A stretch of DNA of 64,000 nt from Clostridia bacterium (GTDB lineage: Bacteria > Bacillota > Clostridia > Oscillospirales > CAG-272). Location: the NCBI GenBank assembly GCA_017502975.1, contig JAFVTV010000038.1:12194-76193 (forward strand). Direction: 5' to 3'. The translations under genes and the position numbers were made by a program. Shown here piece after piece: positions 1-12,129 of this stretch; the first letter of the stretch is position 1, and every line of letters begins with the position of its first letter. The notes below the pieces were generated by a model that was given only the letters and a program-made list of their open reading frames with translations, had not been told where the DNA came from and made no database searches.

Positions 1-992
1 TTGAAGCCATTTATTTTGCCTCTATCGGAAAAAGCTTTCGGGGAAACCATACAAACGAAATGATACGGTTTGGGCAAAAGGAAGCGATTCTCTCGCTTGA
101 TTTTCGGGCGAGTGGAAGAGAGCAAACGATTTCTCTTTGTCTTGGTGGCGGCAGGGTGCGCGCGGCAGAAAAAAACCGTGTAAAAATACGCCGTATGTCT
201 GAAATAGTAGGTAGTTTTAGAACCGTGCTTTTCTGCCCCGAGCATTTGAGTCTGATTAAGGACGGTCCTGCCGAACGTAGGCAATTTCTTGATATTGCGA
301 TCAGTGCCGCCGATCCTCTTTATATGGGCGCGCTGCAACGCTACAATCGCGTATTAAAGCAAAGAAATGCGCTTATTAAAGCAGCCGAAAAGGATAAAGC
401 CTTATTTGATGCAACCGTTGATATTTGGTCAAAACAGTTGGCGCGTGAGGGTGCTTATATTGCAAAAAGCAGGCAACGGTACGTAGAAAATGCCGCGCAA
501 TACGTCAGGGAATGTTTCAGAGAAATGACAGGCTCTCGCGAGGAGCCCGCACTCCTTTACCTTGGTGTTGGCGGCAAGGATTTTACCGATTACAGCGACC
601 TCTTGAAAATCGAGGAGTTACTTTACCAAAAACTTTGCCAAAACCATGAAAGAGAAATTGCCGCGGGTGCTACCCTTTGGGGTATACACAAGGATGACGT
701 AGAGGTTTTGCTAAACGGTCGCGCGGCGCGCAGCTTTTGCTCACAGGGGCAGCAAAGATCGCTTGCGTTGGCACTGAAAATTGCCGAGGGCGAGCTTTGT
801 AAAGAGGATTGCGGCGAATATCCCGTGCTGTTATTTGACGACGTGCTTTCCGAGCTTGATAGCGGCAGGCGCGAATATCTTTTAAAGCATATCAAGGGCA
901 AGCAGGTCATTATGACGACCTGTGAAAAAGAAGGGTTTGAAGCCGATCATCTGATCGTAGTGAAAAACGGAACCTACCAAAGAATGGAATAG
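1..992 (+). CDS. recF: DNA replication and repair protein RecF, 5' end cut by the window edge
   Basis: The frame stays open upstream of the listed Met at 60 back to nt 3 (EAIYFASIGKSFRGNHTNE...). The C-terminal SMC-like signature region (SQGQQRSLALALKIAE, LLFDDVLSELD) is typical of RecF. recF-DUF370-gyrB-gyrA synteny supports the call. Confidence 0.9.
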   Translation, partial: EAIYFASIGKSFRGNHTNEMIRFGQKEAILSLDFRASGREQTISLCLGGGRVRAAEKNRVKIRRMSEIVGSFRTVLFCPEHLSLIKDGPAERRQFLDIAISAADPLYMGALQRYNRVLKQRNALIKAAEKDKALFDATVDIWSKQLAREGAYIAKSRQRYVENAAQYVRECFREMTGSREEPALLYLGVGGKDFTDYSDLLKIEELLYQKLCQNHEREIAAGATLWGIHKDDVEVLLNGRAARSFCSQGQQRSLALALKIAEGELCKEDCGEYPVLLFDDVLSELDSGRREYLLKHIKGKQVIMTTCEKEGFEADHLIVVKNGTYQRME

Positions 993-1000
993 AGGATACT

Positions 1001-1255
1001 ATGTTTTTACACGTGGGAAACAACAAAAACATCAGAAAAAAGGAAATCATCGGTATTTTTGATGCCGATACCGCCACCGTTTCGGTCACAACGAGAAGAT
1101 TTTTATCAAAATCTGACAAGCGTGGCGAGATAGAGGCGGCAAATGAGGAAATTCCGAAATCCTTTATTCTTTACAGAAAAAAAGAGGGATACGGTATTTG
1201 CTTTTCTCAAATATCAACCTCTGCATTGCTTGGCAGAAGCGAGCAAAACGGATAA
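1001..1255 (+). CDS. DUF370 family small protein (YaaB/RemB-like)
   Basis: 84-aa ORF between recF and gyrB, the conserved Firmicute position of yaaB/remB. The sequence (NIRKKEIIGIFDADTATVS...) resembles that family as I recall it. Confidence 0.7.
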   Translation: MFLHVGNNKNIRKKEIIGIFDADTATVSVTTRRFLSKSDKRGEIEAANEEIPKSFILYRKKEGYGICFSQISTSALLGRSEQNG

Positions 1256-1278
1256 TGAACAAAACAAAGGAAGGATAA

Positions 1279-3246
<1,968 letters not shown>

Positions 3247-3263
3247 TGAAAGGAGATAAAAAT

Positions 3264-5789
3264 ATGGAATACAAGAACGAAAATATTGAATTTCCCAATC
3301 AGATCATCGAAGATGTAGAGATGTCGGGGCGTGTCAAGCAGGCGTTTATCGAGTATGCAATGTCTGTTATCGTTGCCAGAGCCCTGCCCGACGTGCGCGA
3401 CGGTATGAAGCCCGGTCAGCGCCGCATCATGTATGCTATGTACGAGGATCACCTCACCTCGGACAAGCCCTTCTTTAAATCGGCTACCACCGTTGGTAAC
3501 GTGCTGGGTCGCTATCACCCCCACGGTGATGCCGCCGTTTACGGCACCATGGTGCGTATGGCGCAGGATTTCTCCTTGCGCTATCCGCTGGTTGAGGGTC
3601 AGGGTAACTTTGGCTCGATTGACGGCGATAGCCCCGCTGCTTACCGTTATACCGAGGCGCGCCTTGCCAAGATCTCAAACGAGCTGATGGCTAACCTTGA
3701 AAAGGAGGTCGTTCCCTTTGGCCCGAACTTTGATAACCGCCGCCGCGAGCCTCTGGTGCTTCCCTCGCGCTTTCCGAACCTCTTAGTCAACGGCTCGGTC
3801 GGCATTGCGGTTGGTATGGCGACCAATATCCCGCCCCATAACATGGGCGAGGTCATTGATGCAACCATTTATCGCATGGAAAACCCTGAGGCGACCGTTG
3901 AGGAGCTGATGCAGTACATCAAGGGTCCCGACTTCCCCACCGCCGCTACCTGCTACGGTGTGCAGGGTATCATCGATGCCTACCGCACGGGTAAGGGACG
4001 CGTGATGGTGCGTGCCAAGTGTGAGGTTGATGAGGAGAACCATTGCATCAAGGTAACCGAAATTCCCTACCAGGTCAACAAATCCGCGCTCGTTATGTCG
4101 ATTGCGGAACTTGTAAAGGATAAGAGAATTGAAGGCATTACCGATATCAAGGACGTTTCCTCTGACCGTAACGGTATTTGTATTTTGATCCCCTACCGTC
4201 GCGACGTCAACGGTCAGGTCATTCTCAATCAGCTCTACAAATACACCCAGCTGCAGGATACCTGCTCGATCAATATGCTCGCCCTTGTCGGCGGTGAGCC
4301 TCGCGTGCTTTCCCTGCCGCAGATCCTTGACTACTATATCGCGCACCAGATGGACGTGATCACCCGCCGCACGAAGTTTGACCTTGATAAGGCAGAGGCG
4401 CGCGCGCATATCCTTGAGGGCTATAAGATCGCAGGCGATCATATTGATGACGTTGTGGCGCTGATCCGTGCCGCTGCCTCGGTTGCCGACGCCAAGGAAA
4501 AGCTGATTGCAACTTACACCCTTACCGAAACGCAGGCGCAGGCGATCGTTGAAATGACGCTTGGTAAGCTGACAGGCCTTGAGCGACAAAAAATCGATGA
4601 TGAGCTTGAAAAGCTGCATCAGATGATCAAGGAGTTCCGTGCCGTGCTTGCCGATGAGCAAAAGGTTAAGGAGATCATCAAGGATGAGATGCTGGAGATC
4701 CGCCGTAAATACGCAGATGCACGCCGCACCGAGATCGTGGAGGCGACCGATGACATCGACCTTGAGGATCTCATTGAGCGTCACGATTGCGTGATCACCC
4801 TCACCCATGCCGGCTATATCAAGCGCCAGCCTGCCGATACCTATGCAGTACAGCACAAGGGCGGCAAGGGTATTATCGGTATGACCACCAAGGAAGAGGA
4901 CTTTATCGAAAAACTGATGGTGGTACACAGCCACGATTACCTCATGCTCTTTACCAATACGGGCAAGGTGTTTATGCGTAAGGCATATCAAATTCCCGAG
5001 GCATCGCGCACCGCAAAGGGCACCAATATCGTAAATGTTGTGGAAACCGTGCAGGGCGAGACCATTACCGCCATGATCGCCGTTTCCGAGTTTGATGACG
5101 AGCACTTCCTCACCATGGTAACAAGGAACGGTGTCATTAAGCGTACGCGTTTGAAGGAATACGAATACCAACGCAAGGGCGGTAAGATCGCGCTTTCGCT
5201 CGATGAGGGCGATGAGCTGGTGTTTGTGATGCACAGCAAGGGCGAAAACGACGTGCTGCTTGCAACGCACGAGGGTAGTGCCGCACGCTTTACCGAAAGC
5301 GCGGTAAGACCCCTTGGCAGAACGGCGCGCGGCGTGCGCGGCGTTAAGCTCCGTGAGGGTGACTATGTTGTAGGTGCCGTGATCGTTGACGACACCAAGC
5401 AGCTGATTACCGTAACCGAAAACGGATACGGAAAACGCACATCGTTTGAGGACTTCCGCCAGAAGGGCAGAGGAGGCCTTGGTGTTACCTGCCACAACCT
5501 GACCGAAAAGACAGGCTTGCTTGCAGGCATTGCCGCTGTGACCGATGAGGATGATCTGATGATGATCACCAACCTTGGTACGATCATTCGTACCCCCGTG
5601 GCGCAGATCAATACCTACTCCCGTACCGCCGCAGGCGTTATCGTCATGCGTCTTGGCGACGGTCAGACACTGGCAGGCTTCTCAAAGGTAGCCCATGAGG
5701 AGCAGGAGAATGAGGAGAATGCCCCCGAGGTACAGGTTGAAGTAACCGAGGCGCAGGCTCCCACTGCCGAGCAGCCCGAAAACAACTAA
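3264..5789 (+). CDS. gyrA: DNA gyrase subunit A
   Basis: Contains the QRDR-like region ([19 protein letters not shown]), the active-site [10 protein letters not shown] and C-terminal beta-pinwheel repeats. I prefer the ATG at 3264 (RBS aaaggaga) over the listed 3246. Confidence 0.96.
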   Translation: MEYKNENIEFPNQIIEDVEMSGRVKQAFIEYAMSVIVARALPDVRDGMKPGQRRIMYAMYEDHLTSDKPFFKSATTVGNVLGRYHPHGDAAVYGTMVRMAQDFSLRYPLVEGQGNFGSIDGDSPAAYRYTEARLAKISNELMANLEKEVVPFGPNFDNRRREPLVLPSRFPNLLVNGSVGIAVGMATNIPPHNMGEVIDATIYRMENPEATVEELMQYIKGPDFPTAATCYGVQGIIDAYRTGKGRVMVRAKCEVDEENHCIKVTEIPYQVNKSALVMSIAELVKDKRIEGITDIKDVSSDRNGICILIPYRRDVNGQVILNQLYKYTQLQDTCSINMLALVGGEPRVLSLPQILDYYIAHQMDVITRRTKFDLDKAEARAHILEGYKIAGDHIDDVVALIRAAASVADAKEKLIATYTLTETQAQAIVEMTLGKLTGLERQKIDDELEKLHQMIKEFRAVLADEQKVKEIIKDEMLEIRRKYADARRTEIVEATDDIDLEDLIERHDCVITLTHAGYIKRQPADTYAVQHKGGKGIIGMTTKEEDFIEKLMVVHSHDYLMLFTNTGKVFMRKAYQIPEASRTAKGTNIVNVVETVQGETITAMIAVSEFDDEHFLTMVTRNGVIKRTRLKEYEYQRKGGKIALSLDEGDELVFVMHSKGENDVLLATHEGSAARFTESAVRPLGRTARGVRGVKLREGDYVVGAVIVDDTKQLITVTENGYGKRTSFEDFRQKGRGGLGVTCHNLTEKTGLLAGIAAVTDEDDLMMITNLGTIIRTPVAQINTYSRTAAGVIVMRLGDGQTLAGFSKVAHEEQENEENAPEVQVEVTEAQAPTAEQPENN

Positions 5790-5798
5790 AATAAAAAA

Positions 5799-5836
5799 GA
5801 CAGCCCCGAGTATGCTTTGACATATTCGGGGTTGTC
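5799..5836 (+). terminator. Stem-loop downstream of gyrA
   Basis: GACAGCCCCGAGTATG / CATATTCGGGGTTGTC arms (two G-U positions), 10 nt after the gyrA stop. There is no clear T-run, so the assignment is tentative. Confidence 0.45.
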
Positions 5837-5951
5837 GCAGGCATAGCCAAGGCGAGCCCCACAGGGCATATCTTTTGGTAAAAAGAGGTGCAGGGGCGCC
5901 GTATGCCTATCACAATATCCCCCAAAACGGGGCAAAAAACAGGAGATTTAT

Positions 5952-6917
5952 ATGAAAAAACGTCTGATAGCCGTTATCGTGGCAATCGCGTTGATACTTG
6001 TATCACTGGGGGTGTTTTTGGTGGTGAGGCATATCAAAAACAATCGCCCGCCCGAGCTTGAGAGCCTAAGACCTCGCGTGATCGCACTCATTGACGCTTC
6101 GCATGAAATCAACGAGATCTTTTGGGGCGAGGGGCTTTCCACCCACCCGCGTGTATACCGCGAATACTATACACGTGTGCCGTTTTATTTGCAAGAGGAC
6201 GGCGATCACTATACCTTCAGCGACGCGCAGACCGACTACAAGCTCTATTATTATACCTTTACCGATGCAGAGGTTGGTGACATTCTTGCGTATCAGTATT
6301 GTCTGAAGGTCGCTGACGGCGTGTACGTTGACGTAGAAAAGGGTGGCGCCCTTACCATTGCCGATAAGATCAAATACCGCTACGCAAGAGTTTCGAGCGA
6401 GTGGGAGGAGGGCGTAATTTTTGAAGCGGGTGGAAAATACTATATCCCACTGCCCTCGTATGTCGAAAAGGAAGCGGATTTTTATTATACTTCCCAAGAT
6501 CCCGAGTATTACGACTATGTGCGTGATGATGCGGGGTATCTCACCACTGCCGCCATTAAGAGCAAGGCAGAGGGCGTTTATGCCAATGATTTTCTCTCCT
6601 CCGTGTATGAAAGTCTCTTTACGGGTATAACGATATCCGACAGCCAAAACGGCACGCTTTATGCGCGCTATATCGATCATACCGACACTGAGGGCAACGG
6701 CTATTTGATGAAGTCCAATATATGGACAGCGATACAGGTTTCGCGCGTTTATCTTTATGACACCATGCGTATGAGCGAGAAGCGCAAGAGTAACGCCACC
6801 GACGTTTTTATTGATATCGACAGCTACGTGCCCGGTAAGGAGAGCGAAACGCAGACCATTACCCTTTCCTTTACCCTGCAGGACGGCGCGTGGTATCTTA
6901 ATTCTGCAACCTATTAA
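5952..6917 (+). CDS. Hypothetical membrane-anchored exported protein
   Basis: 321-aa ORF with an N-terminal hydrophobic anchor (LIAVIVAIALILVSLGVFLVV) and a Tyr/Asp-rich ectodomain. I recognise no family. Confidence 0.6.
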   Translation: MKKRLIAVIVAIALILVSLGVFLVVRHIKNNRPPELESLRPRVIALIDASHEINEIFWGEGLSTHPRVYREYYTRVPFYLQEDGDHYTFSDAQTDYKLYYYTFTDAEVGDILAYQYCLKVADGVYVDVEKGGALTIADKIKYRYARVSSEWEEGVIFEAGGKYYIPLPSYVEKEADFYYTSQDPEYYDYVRDDAGYLTTAAIKSKAEGVYANDFLSSVYESLFTGITISDSQNGTLYARYIDHTDTEGNGYLMKSNIWTAIQVSRVYLYDTMRMSEKRKSNATDVFIDIDSYVPGKESETQTITLSFTLQDGAWYLNSATY

Positions 6918-6985
6918 GGGGCAGACCCCTTCCTGCATTTTGCTGCGGAAGGCTGTATCCCCATGCCCCCTGTTCGTATATTTGT

Positions 6986-7010
6986 GTAGGGGCGATTCAC
7001 GAATCGCCCC
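6986..7010 (+). repeat. REP-like hairpin, class iii (GTAGGGGCGATTCACGAATCGCCCC)
   Basis: GTAG head followed by a 9-10 bp perfect stem, located in intergenic DNA. Related copies lie at 26421-26442 and 26853-26876. Confidence 0.7.
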
Positions 7011-7118
7011 TGCGAGAAACTGTATCATTGTGCACCTTGTTCACACTGTATTATTCCCTTTCCCAAGATTTTTGGGAGTGTGGGAGTGAATGTTTTTTGC
7101 CGTGGGGCAAAAAACAAA

Positions 7119-7156
7119 GAGGGAGAGAGGACTTTTGCAAAAGTCCTCTCTCCCTC
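7119..7156 (-). terminator. 38-nt perfect palindrome; terminator of the acyl-CoA ligase gene
   Basis: GAGGGAGAGAGGACTTTTG|CAAAAGTCCTCTCTCCCTC. On the minus strand it is followed by TTGTTTTTTGCCCC and sits about 20 nt after the stop at 7178. Confidence 0.75.
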
Positions 7157-7177
7157 TCTTATTTTCTCCCTACTCAA

Positions 7178-8872
7178 TCATTTCACCAAGTGGCGTTTGA
7201 TCTTGCGGGAGGTGGTTTTTTCAAACTCGGTATCACGAATCTCAAGCCCCTTGATCTTTTTAAAGGAGGGGAGTTTTTTGTTGAGGTCGGTGAGTTTACC
7301 GTAAATCACCTTGTAAACGGTATCGGCATCGGCGCTCTCACCGAACAGATCCTTGTTCGGGTATACCACGGCGGTCAGCAGCACGGTTTCACCATCGGTA
7401 TCCTTTCTGCCAACCACAACGCTTTCGGCAATCTCCTCAATTTTTTCAAGATATTCCTCGATCTCCTCGGGGAACACGTTTTTGCCGTTTTCCAGCACGA
7501 TGACGGATTTCAGACGACCCGTGATATAGATATAGCCCTCAGCATCCATATAGCCAACGTCCCCCGTGCGATACCAGCCGTCCTCGGTAAATGCCTTGGC
7601 ATTCTCCTCGGGATTGTTGTAGTAGCCAAGCATGACGTTCTCACCCTTGACCTGGATCTCACCCTCTTCAAAGCCCTTGTCGTTGACGTTGCCTGTTTTG
7701 GCAATGCGTGACTCGCAGCAGGGCACAGCAGGGCCGACCGAGCCGGGCTTTGGCGCATAGTAGGGTGCAACGGAAATCAGCGGCGAGCATTCGGTAATGC
7801 CGTAGCCCTCGCAGATCTGGATGCCAAATGCCTCAAAATTCTTTACCATTTCGGGGTTTAGGGGCGCGCCGCCGCAGATGATCTTTTCAAGGCGACCGCC
7901 AAAGGCGGCAAGAACCGAAGAAAAGAGTTTGCGGCGCAGGTCTATGCCGACCTTTCTCATACCGTTTGAAATTTTGATCATGTTGCGCAGTAGTTTTTCC
8001 TTGCCCTTTTTGCGTGCCTCGTCCCAGATCTTTTTGTACATCGTGTTGACGAACAGCGGCACGAGGATAAGACCCGTAGGCTTAAACTCCGCAAAGTTGC
8101 GCATGAGGTGGCGGAGCGTATCGTTGATGCCGATGGAAATGCCGTAGCAAAGGCTGGCAAGCATGATGGCAAGCTCGTAGGTGTGGTGCAGGGGGAGTAC
8201 CGAAACGGTTACGTCGTTTTCGTTGAAGTTTACGGTATTACAAGCCGCATTCACGCACGCGCAAATGTTCTTCTCACAGAGCATAACGCATTTGCTAGAG
8301 CCCGTGGTGCCCGAGGTAAAGAGCATCACGGCAAGCGACTCGGGGTCGCGATCAGGGAGCTGATAGCCATTCTCAAGCGATTTTTCTCCCATTTTAAGGA
8401 TTTCTGCAAAGGGAACGACCTTTTCCGTGGCACAATCCTCTTGGGGCTCCATAGGCACAAAAATACGCAGTGTGGGATGGCGCTCCATTACGGCTGCCAT
8501 TTTTTGATTGAAGCTCGCGGAATAAACGATCGCTTCCGCATCAACGCTTTCAAGTAAGCCCTCGATCTCGCCAATGGCAAGCTCCTTATCCATGGGGATG
8601 ATCACGCCGCCCGCAGCTGTGACCGCAAGGTAGGTGGCAACCCACTCGGGCGAGGTTTCGCCAATGACGGCAATGCGCTTGCCGGCAAGCCCCAATGCAC
8701 AAATGCCTGCCGCTAAGGTGTGTGCCTTGTGTGAGAATTCTGCATAGGTAAGCGCGCCAAAGGTCTTGCCCACGGGAAAGCGAAAGGCATTCTTCTCTCC
8801 CCTTGCCGCAAGCGCGGGGATCATATCCCTAAAGGAGTTCATGGGCGTAAAGATACGCGGCGTTTTTTTCAT
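7178..8872 (-). CDS. AMP-dependent synthetase/ligase (long-chain fatty-acid-CoA ligase-like)
   Basis: 564 aa with the AMP-binding motif LFTSGTTGSSK, plus GYGITE and YRTGD motifs. Confidence 0.85.
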   Translation of the reverse strand: MKKTPRIFTPMNSFRDMIPALAARGEKNAFRFPVGKTFGALTYAEFSHKAHTLAAGICALGLAGKRIAVIGETSPEWVATYLAVTAAGGVIIPMDKELAIGEIEGLLESVDAEAIVYSASFNQKMAAVMERHPTLRIFVPMEPQEDCATEKVVPFAEILKMGEKSLENGYQLPDRDPESLAVMLFTSGTTGSSKCVMLCEKNICACVNAACNTVNFNENDVTVSVLPLHHTYELAIMLASLCYGISIGINDTLRHLMRNFAEFKPTGLILVPLFVNTMYKKIWDEARKKGKEKLLRNMIKISNGMRKVGIDLRRKLFSSVLAAFGGRLEKIICGGAPLNPEMVKNFEAFGIQICEGYGITECSPLISVAPYYAPKPGSVGPAVPCCESRIAKTGNVNDKGFEEGEIQVKGENVMLGYYNNPEENAKAFTEDGWYRTGDVGYMDAEGYIYITGRLKSVIVLENGKNVFPEEIEEYLEKIEEIAESVVVGRKDTDGETVLLTAVVYPNKDLFGESADADTVYKVIYGKLTDLNKKLPSFKKIKGLEIRDTEFEKTTSRKIKRHLVK

Positions 8873-8955
8873 AATTTATCCTCTTTTCCGTGCTTGTTTT
8901 TTCTTTGCGAGAAGCAAAGGCTCTCACCCGCAGAGAAGGTGCACGATTATATTTT

Positions 8956-8985
8956 ATTATACCCCAAAAACAGCACATCTGTCAA
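8956..8985 (-). promoter_or_regulatory. Sigma-A-type promoter for the ligase gene
   Basis: On the minus strand: TTGACA, 18 nt spacer, TATAAT. Confidence 0.5.
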
Positions 8986-9108
8986 GTAATGGAAGCGTTA
9001 CAAGAAAAAGGTGTTTGCAATATGGTAAAATGTGGAATATAAACGGGTGGAAAAGGGCCTCTTTCTCTAAAAACCATTTTGCACAGGCGCATTATTTGCA
9101 CAATCTCT

Positions 9109-9234
9109 GTAGGGGGCGGCGCCTCGACGCCCCGCCAGCTACGATATGTAAAACATGTACACATATTGTAGGGACAGGCGCCCTCGACTGTTCGGGATCT
9201 TGCGCCAATGGGGCGTCGAGGCGTCACCCCGTAC
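9109..9234. repeat. Cluster of three REP-like hairpins (BIME-like)
   Basis: 9109-9135 is GTAGGGGGCGGCGCCTCGACGCCCCGC (class ii, + orientation). 9168-9194 is GTAGGGACAGGCGCCCTCGACTGTTCG (class i, +). 9210-9234 is the reverse complement of GTACGGGGTGACGCCTCGACGCCCC (class ii-like, -). Confidence 0.75.
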
Positions 9235-9365
9235 AAAGAAATTTTCAATTCTTTAGACAAGGTGTTAGCGCAAGGGAAAATAAAATATCGCCCCACCGCG
9301 GCACACTCCAAACGGAGCACGCTTTGGTCGGGCGATATCTTTATAAAGCTTGGTTTTTACGGTGC

Positions 9366-9869
9366 TCAAAGCAGCGCGTCTATCATCGAAAGCACAAAGG
9401 GGATCAGCTTGATGAGCAGGATCGCAAGACCGATCGAAAGGATAACGGTGAGCATGAATTGCAACGGGCCGTTTCCCTTTTTATCAAAGCGCCCCTCGGC
9501 GCGGTATTTGAGTGCCTCGGGAATATAGTAGCGTGTGTCGTTCCCTTCCCCCTCTACCTTTTGAACGGTTTTTTGCAGCACGAGGTTGTGGCGCAATTCA
9601 AAGCCAAGTAAGCTTTTTTTGCTAAGATCGAGCTCCGCAAGCGTTTTTGCCGCGTCGGGCGATAGCGCCCCGGCGCCAAGCAACGCACGCACAAGGCTGC
9701 CGGGAACACTACGCTGATAGAGCGTGTAAAGAGAGGAAAGCACAATGCCAACGCAAATGCCCAGTATAAGCAGCGTAACCGTTGCGGCATCGCTTTGGTC
9801 AAAGGTAATGTTTTCGTATTCCTTTGCCTCAAGGGTAAACAGAGAGACAAGGGAGAGCGGGGTGCGCAT
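9366..9869 (-). CDS. Hypothetical integral membrane protein
   Basis: About 167-aa ORF with two or three hydrophobic segments. Its ATG overlaps the serS stop (TGATG), which suggests translational coupling. Confidence 0.55.
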   Translation of the reverse strand: MRTPLSLVSLFTLEAKEYENITFDQSDAATVTLLILGICVGIVLSSLYTLYQRSVPGSLVRALLGAGALSPDAAKTLAELDLSKKSLLGFELRHNLVLQKTVQKVEGEGNDTRYYIPEALKYRAEGRFDKKGNGPLQFMLTVILSIGLAILLIKLIPFVLSMIDALL

Positions 9870-11152
9870 CAAAGCGTCTCGGGCTTGATCACATCACAGC
9901 CCATGTAGGTGCGCAGTGCCTCGGGAACGGTCACGGAGCCGTCCTCGTTTTGATAGTTCTCAAGAATAGCCGCAACCGTACGGCCGACTGCTACGCCCGA
10001 GCCGTTTAGGGTATGCACCAAGCGGGGCTTATCCTTGGGCGTTTCACGGAAGCGGATGTTTGCGCGGCGTGCTTGGTAGTCCTCAAAGTCAGAGCAGGAG
10101 GAGATCTCCACATAACGGCCGTAAGAGGGCATGTATACCTCAATATCATAGGTCATGGCGCTGGAGAAGCCAAGGTCGCCCGAGGAAAGACGCACAACGC
10201 GGTAAGGAAGGCCAAGGCCCTGCAAAACGCGCTCGGCATCGTTTGTCAACTTTTCAAGCTCCTCATACGAGGTCTCGGGGCTGGTAAATTTTACCAATTC
10301 GACCTTGTTGAACTGATGCTGACGGATAAGACCTCTTGTATCACGTCCTGCAGACCCCGCCTCGGCACGGAAGCAAGCGGAATATGCGCAGAAGGAAAGG
10401 GGCAGCTTTGCGCCGTCAAGGATATCGTCGCGATACATGTTGGTAACGGGCACCTCTGCGGTGGGGATGAGGAAGAAATCGTTGTTTGCTACGCGGAAAG
10501 CGTCCTCCTCAAACTTCGGCAGCTGACCCGTGCCGCGCATCGAGTCGCGGTTTACCATGTAGGGCGGGAAAATTTCGGTGTAGCCGTGGTCGGTGTGGGT
10601 GTCAAGGAAATAGTTGATTATGGCGCGCTCCAAGCGAGAGCCCATGCCACGGTAAAAGTGGAAGCGCGCTCCCGTAACCTTTGCGGCGGTGTCGGGGTCG
10701 AGAATACCAAGTTCCTTGCCAAGATCCCAGTGTGCCTTGGGCTCAAAGCCAAAGGCTTTGGGCTCGCCCCAGCGGCGCATCTCCACATTGTCGGTGTCAT
10801 CCTTACCTACGGGCACCTTTTCGTTTGGGGTGTTGGGAATCGAAAGCAGAATGGTGGAGATCTCGCTGTCAATGGCGGAAATCTTTACTTCATCAGCCTT
10901 TACCGTTTCGGAGAGTTTCTTCATTTCCGCAAAAATGGGTGCAACGTCCTTCCCTTCCTTCTTCAGGGCGGGAATTTGCTTGGAAATTCTGTTTTGCTCC
11001 GCCTTTTTCTGCTCGGTATCGGCAATCAGCGCGCGGCGCTCCACGTCAAGCGTGAGCAAGCGGTCGATATCCGCGCTGTAATCCTTCTGACGGCTTGCAA
11101 GACGCTCCTTGACAAGCTCGGGGTTTTCTTTAATAAACTTAATGTCTAACAT
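9869..11152 (-). CDS. serS: Seryl-tRNA synthetase
   Basis: The N-terminal coiled-coil arm begins [16 protein letters not shown] and class II aaRS motifs are present. I chose the start at 11152 because the listed 11203 start would overlap parB. Confidence 0.95.
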   Translation of the reverse strand: MLDIKFIKENPELVKERLASRQKDYSADIDRLLTLDVERRALIADTEQKKAEQNRISKQIPALKKEGKDVAPIFAEMKKLSETVKADEVKISAIDSEISTILLSIPNTPNEKVPVGKDDTDNVEMRRWGEPKAFGFEPKAHWDLGKELGILDPDTAAKVTGARFHFYRGMGSRLERAIINYFLDTHTDHGYTEIFPPYMVNRDSMRGTGQLPKFEEDAFRVANNDFFLIPTAEVPVTNMYRDDILDGAKLPLSFCAYSACFRAEAGSAGRDTRGLIRQHQFNKVELVKFTSPETSYEELEKLTNDAERVLQGLGLPYRVVRLSSGDLGFSSAMTYDIEVYMPSYGRYVEISSCSDFEDYQARRANIRFRETPKDKPRLVHTLNGSGVAVGRTVAAILENYQNEDGSVTVPEALRTYMGCDVIKPETL

Positions 11153-11169
11153 AGTATGGCCCTCTTTTC

Positions 11170-12069
11170 TTATTCTTCCTCGGCAAAAAGCCCGTCGCCG
11201 CAAAGCGCTGTTAACAGCGCTTCCATATCGGCATCATCCTCGTAAAAGATCTCAATAGAGCGTTTTTTGTCGTTTTGTGTAATTTTTACTTTTCTGCCAA
11301 GGGCTTCGCGCGTGCGTCGCTCCAGATCCTTCATCCATACGCGGGTTTGTGCGTGCCCTGTGATATCGGGCAATTCCTCGCGGGGCTCGGTATTTTCGCG
11401 CTTTACAAGCGCTTCAACCTCGCGCACCGAAAGCTTTTTCGCCGCAATGCGCGCCGCCAACAAGGGGATCATTTCTTCATTTTTCAGCGCAAGCAACGCA
11501 CGGGCGTGTCCTGCGGTCAAAAATCCATCCTTTTCCTGCAGAAGTGTGAGCACTTCATCGGGCAGATCGAGCAAACGAAGGGTGTTTGCCACGGCAGAAC
11601 GGGATTTTCCCGCAATTTTTGAGACCTCCTCCTGCGTCATGTCGAAGCGCTCCATCAAGGCATTGTAGCCAAGCGCCTCCTCAACAACGTTAAGATCCTC
11701 ACGCTGTACGTTCTCAATGAGTGCGATCTGCGCGGTTTTCAGGTCGTCACCGTCAAGCACAACGGCAGGAATTTCGGTAAGCCCTGCCATTTTTGCGGCG
11801 CGCCAGCGGCGCTCGCCGGCAATGATCTCATATGCACCCTCAAAATTGGGGTTGGGGCGCACCAAAATAGGCTGAAGTACACCGTAAGCGGCGATGCTGT
11901 CGGCAAGCGCCTCAAGCGCCTCGCGGTCAAATTGCTTGCGGGGCTGATCGCTGCGCGGCTCAATTTCGGAAATGCGCAGTGTGGTGGCAGTTCCGTCCTT
12001 CATGCCCATGATGTTGTCGTCGAGTATGGAGTAAAAGTCTTTTCCAAGAGCACTTTGTCTTTTGGCCAT
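11170..12069 (-). CDS. parB: Chromosome partitioning protein ParB/Spo0J
   Basis: ParB box ([17 protein letters not shown]), an HTH region ([24 protein letters not shown]) and a position downstream of parA. Confidence 0.92.
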   Translation of the reverse strand: MAKRQSALGKDFYSILDDNIMGMKDGTATTLRISEIEPRSDQPRKQFDREALEALADSIAAYGVLQPILVRPNPNFEGAYEIIAGERRWRAAKMAGLTEIPAVVLDGDDLKTAQIALIENVQREDLNVVEEALGYNALMERFDMTQEEVSKIAGKSRSAVANTLRLLDLPDEVLTLLQEKDGFLTAGHARALLALKNEEMIPLLAARIAAKKLSVREVEALVKRENTEPREELPDITGHAQTRVWMKDLERRTREALGRKVKITQNDKKRSIEIFYEDDADMEALLTALCGDGLFAEEE

Positions 12070-12129
12070 GTTGTTTCTCTCCTTATTTTTTTATAGTTGT
12101 TGGCACAAGGCGCTTTTTTTGCGCACCGT

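Noticed and set aside
3783-5495. 570-aa ORF antisense to gyrA. Similar long antisense ORFs lie at 1336-2181 (gyrB), 10013-11149 (serS), 18986-20290 (UPF0210), 21390-23266 (tkt), 27607-28545 (aspS), 30728-31783 (guaA), 48081-50561 (ATPase) and 59898-60755 (DUF1846).
   Set aside because: Each lies entirely opposite a gene with unmistakable family motifs. Their translations are low-complexity and rich in R, G, H and L. Long stop-free shadow frames are expected in G+C-rich coding DNA.
8766-9611. 281-aa ORF on the plus strand spanning the REP cluster (contains CRGRRLDAPP and IVGTGALDCS peptides).
   Set aside because: The frame is held open by the G+C-rich REP hairpins and overlaps the 5' end of the ligase gene and a minus-strand membrane-protein gene. 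The peptide similarity to the RAYT-like protein comes from the shared 27-mer, not from a gene fragment.
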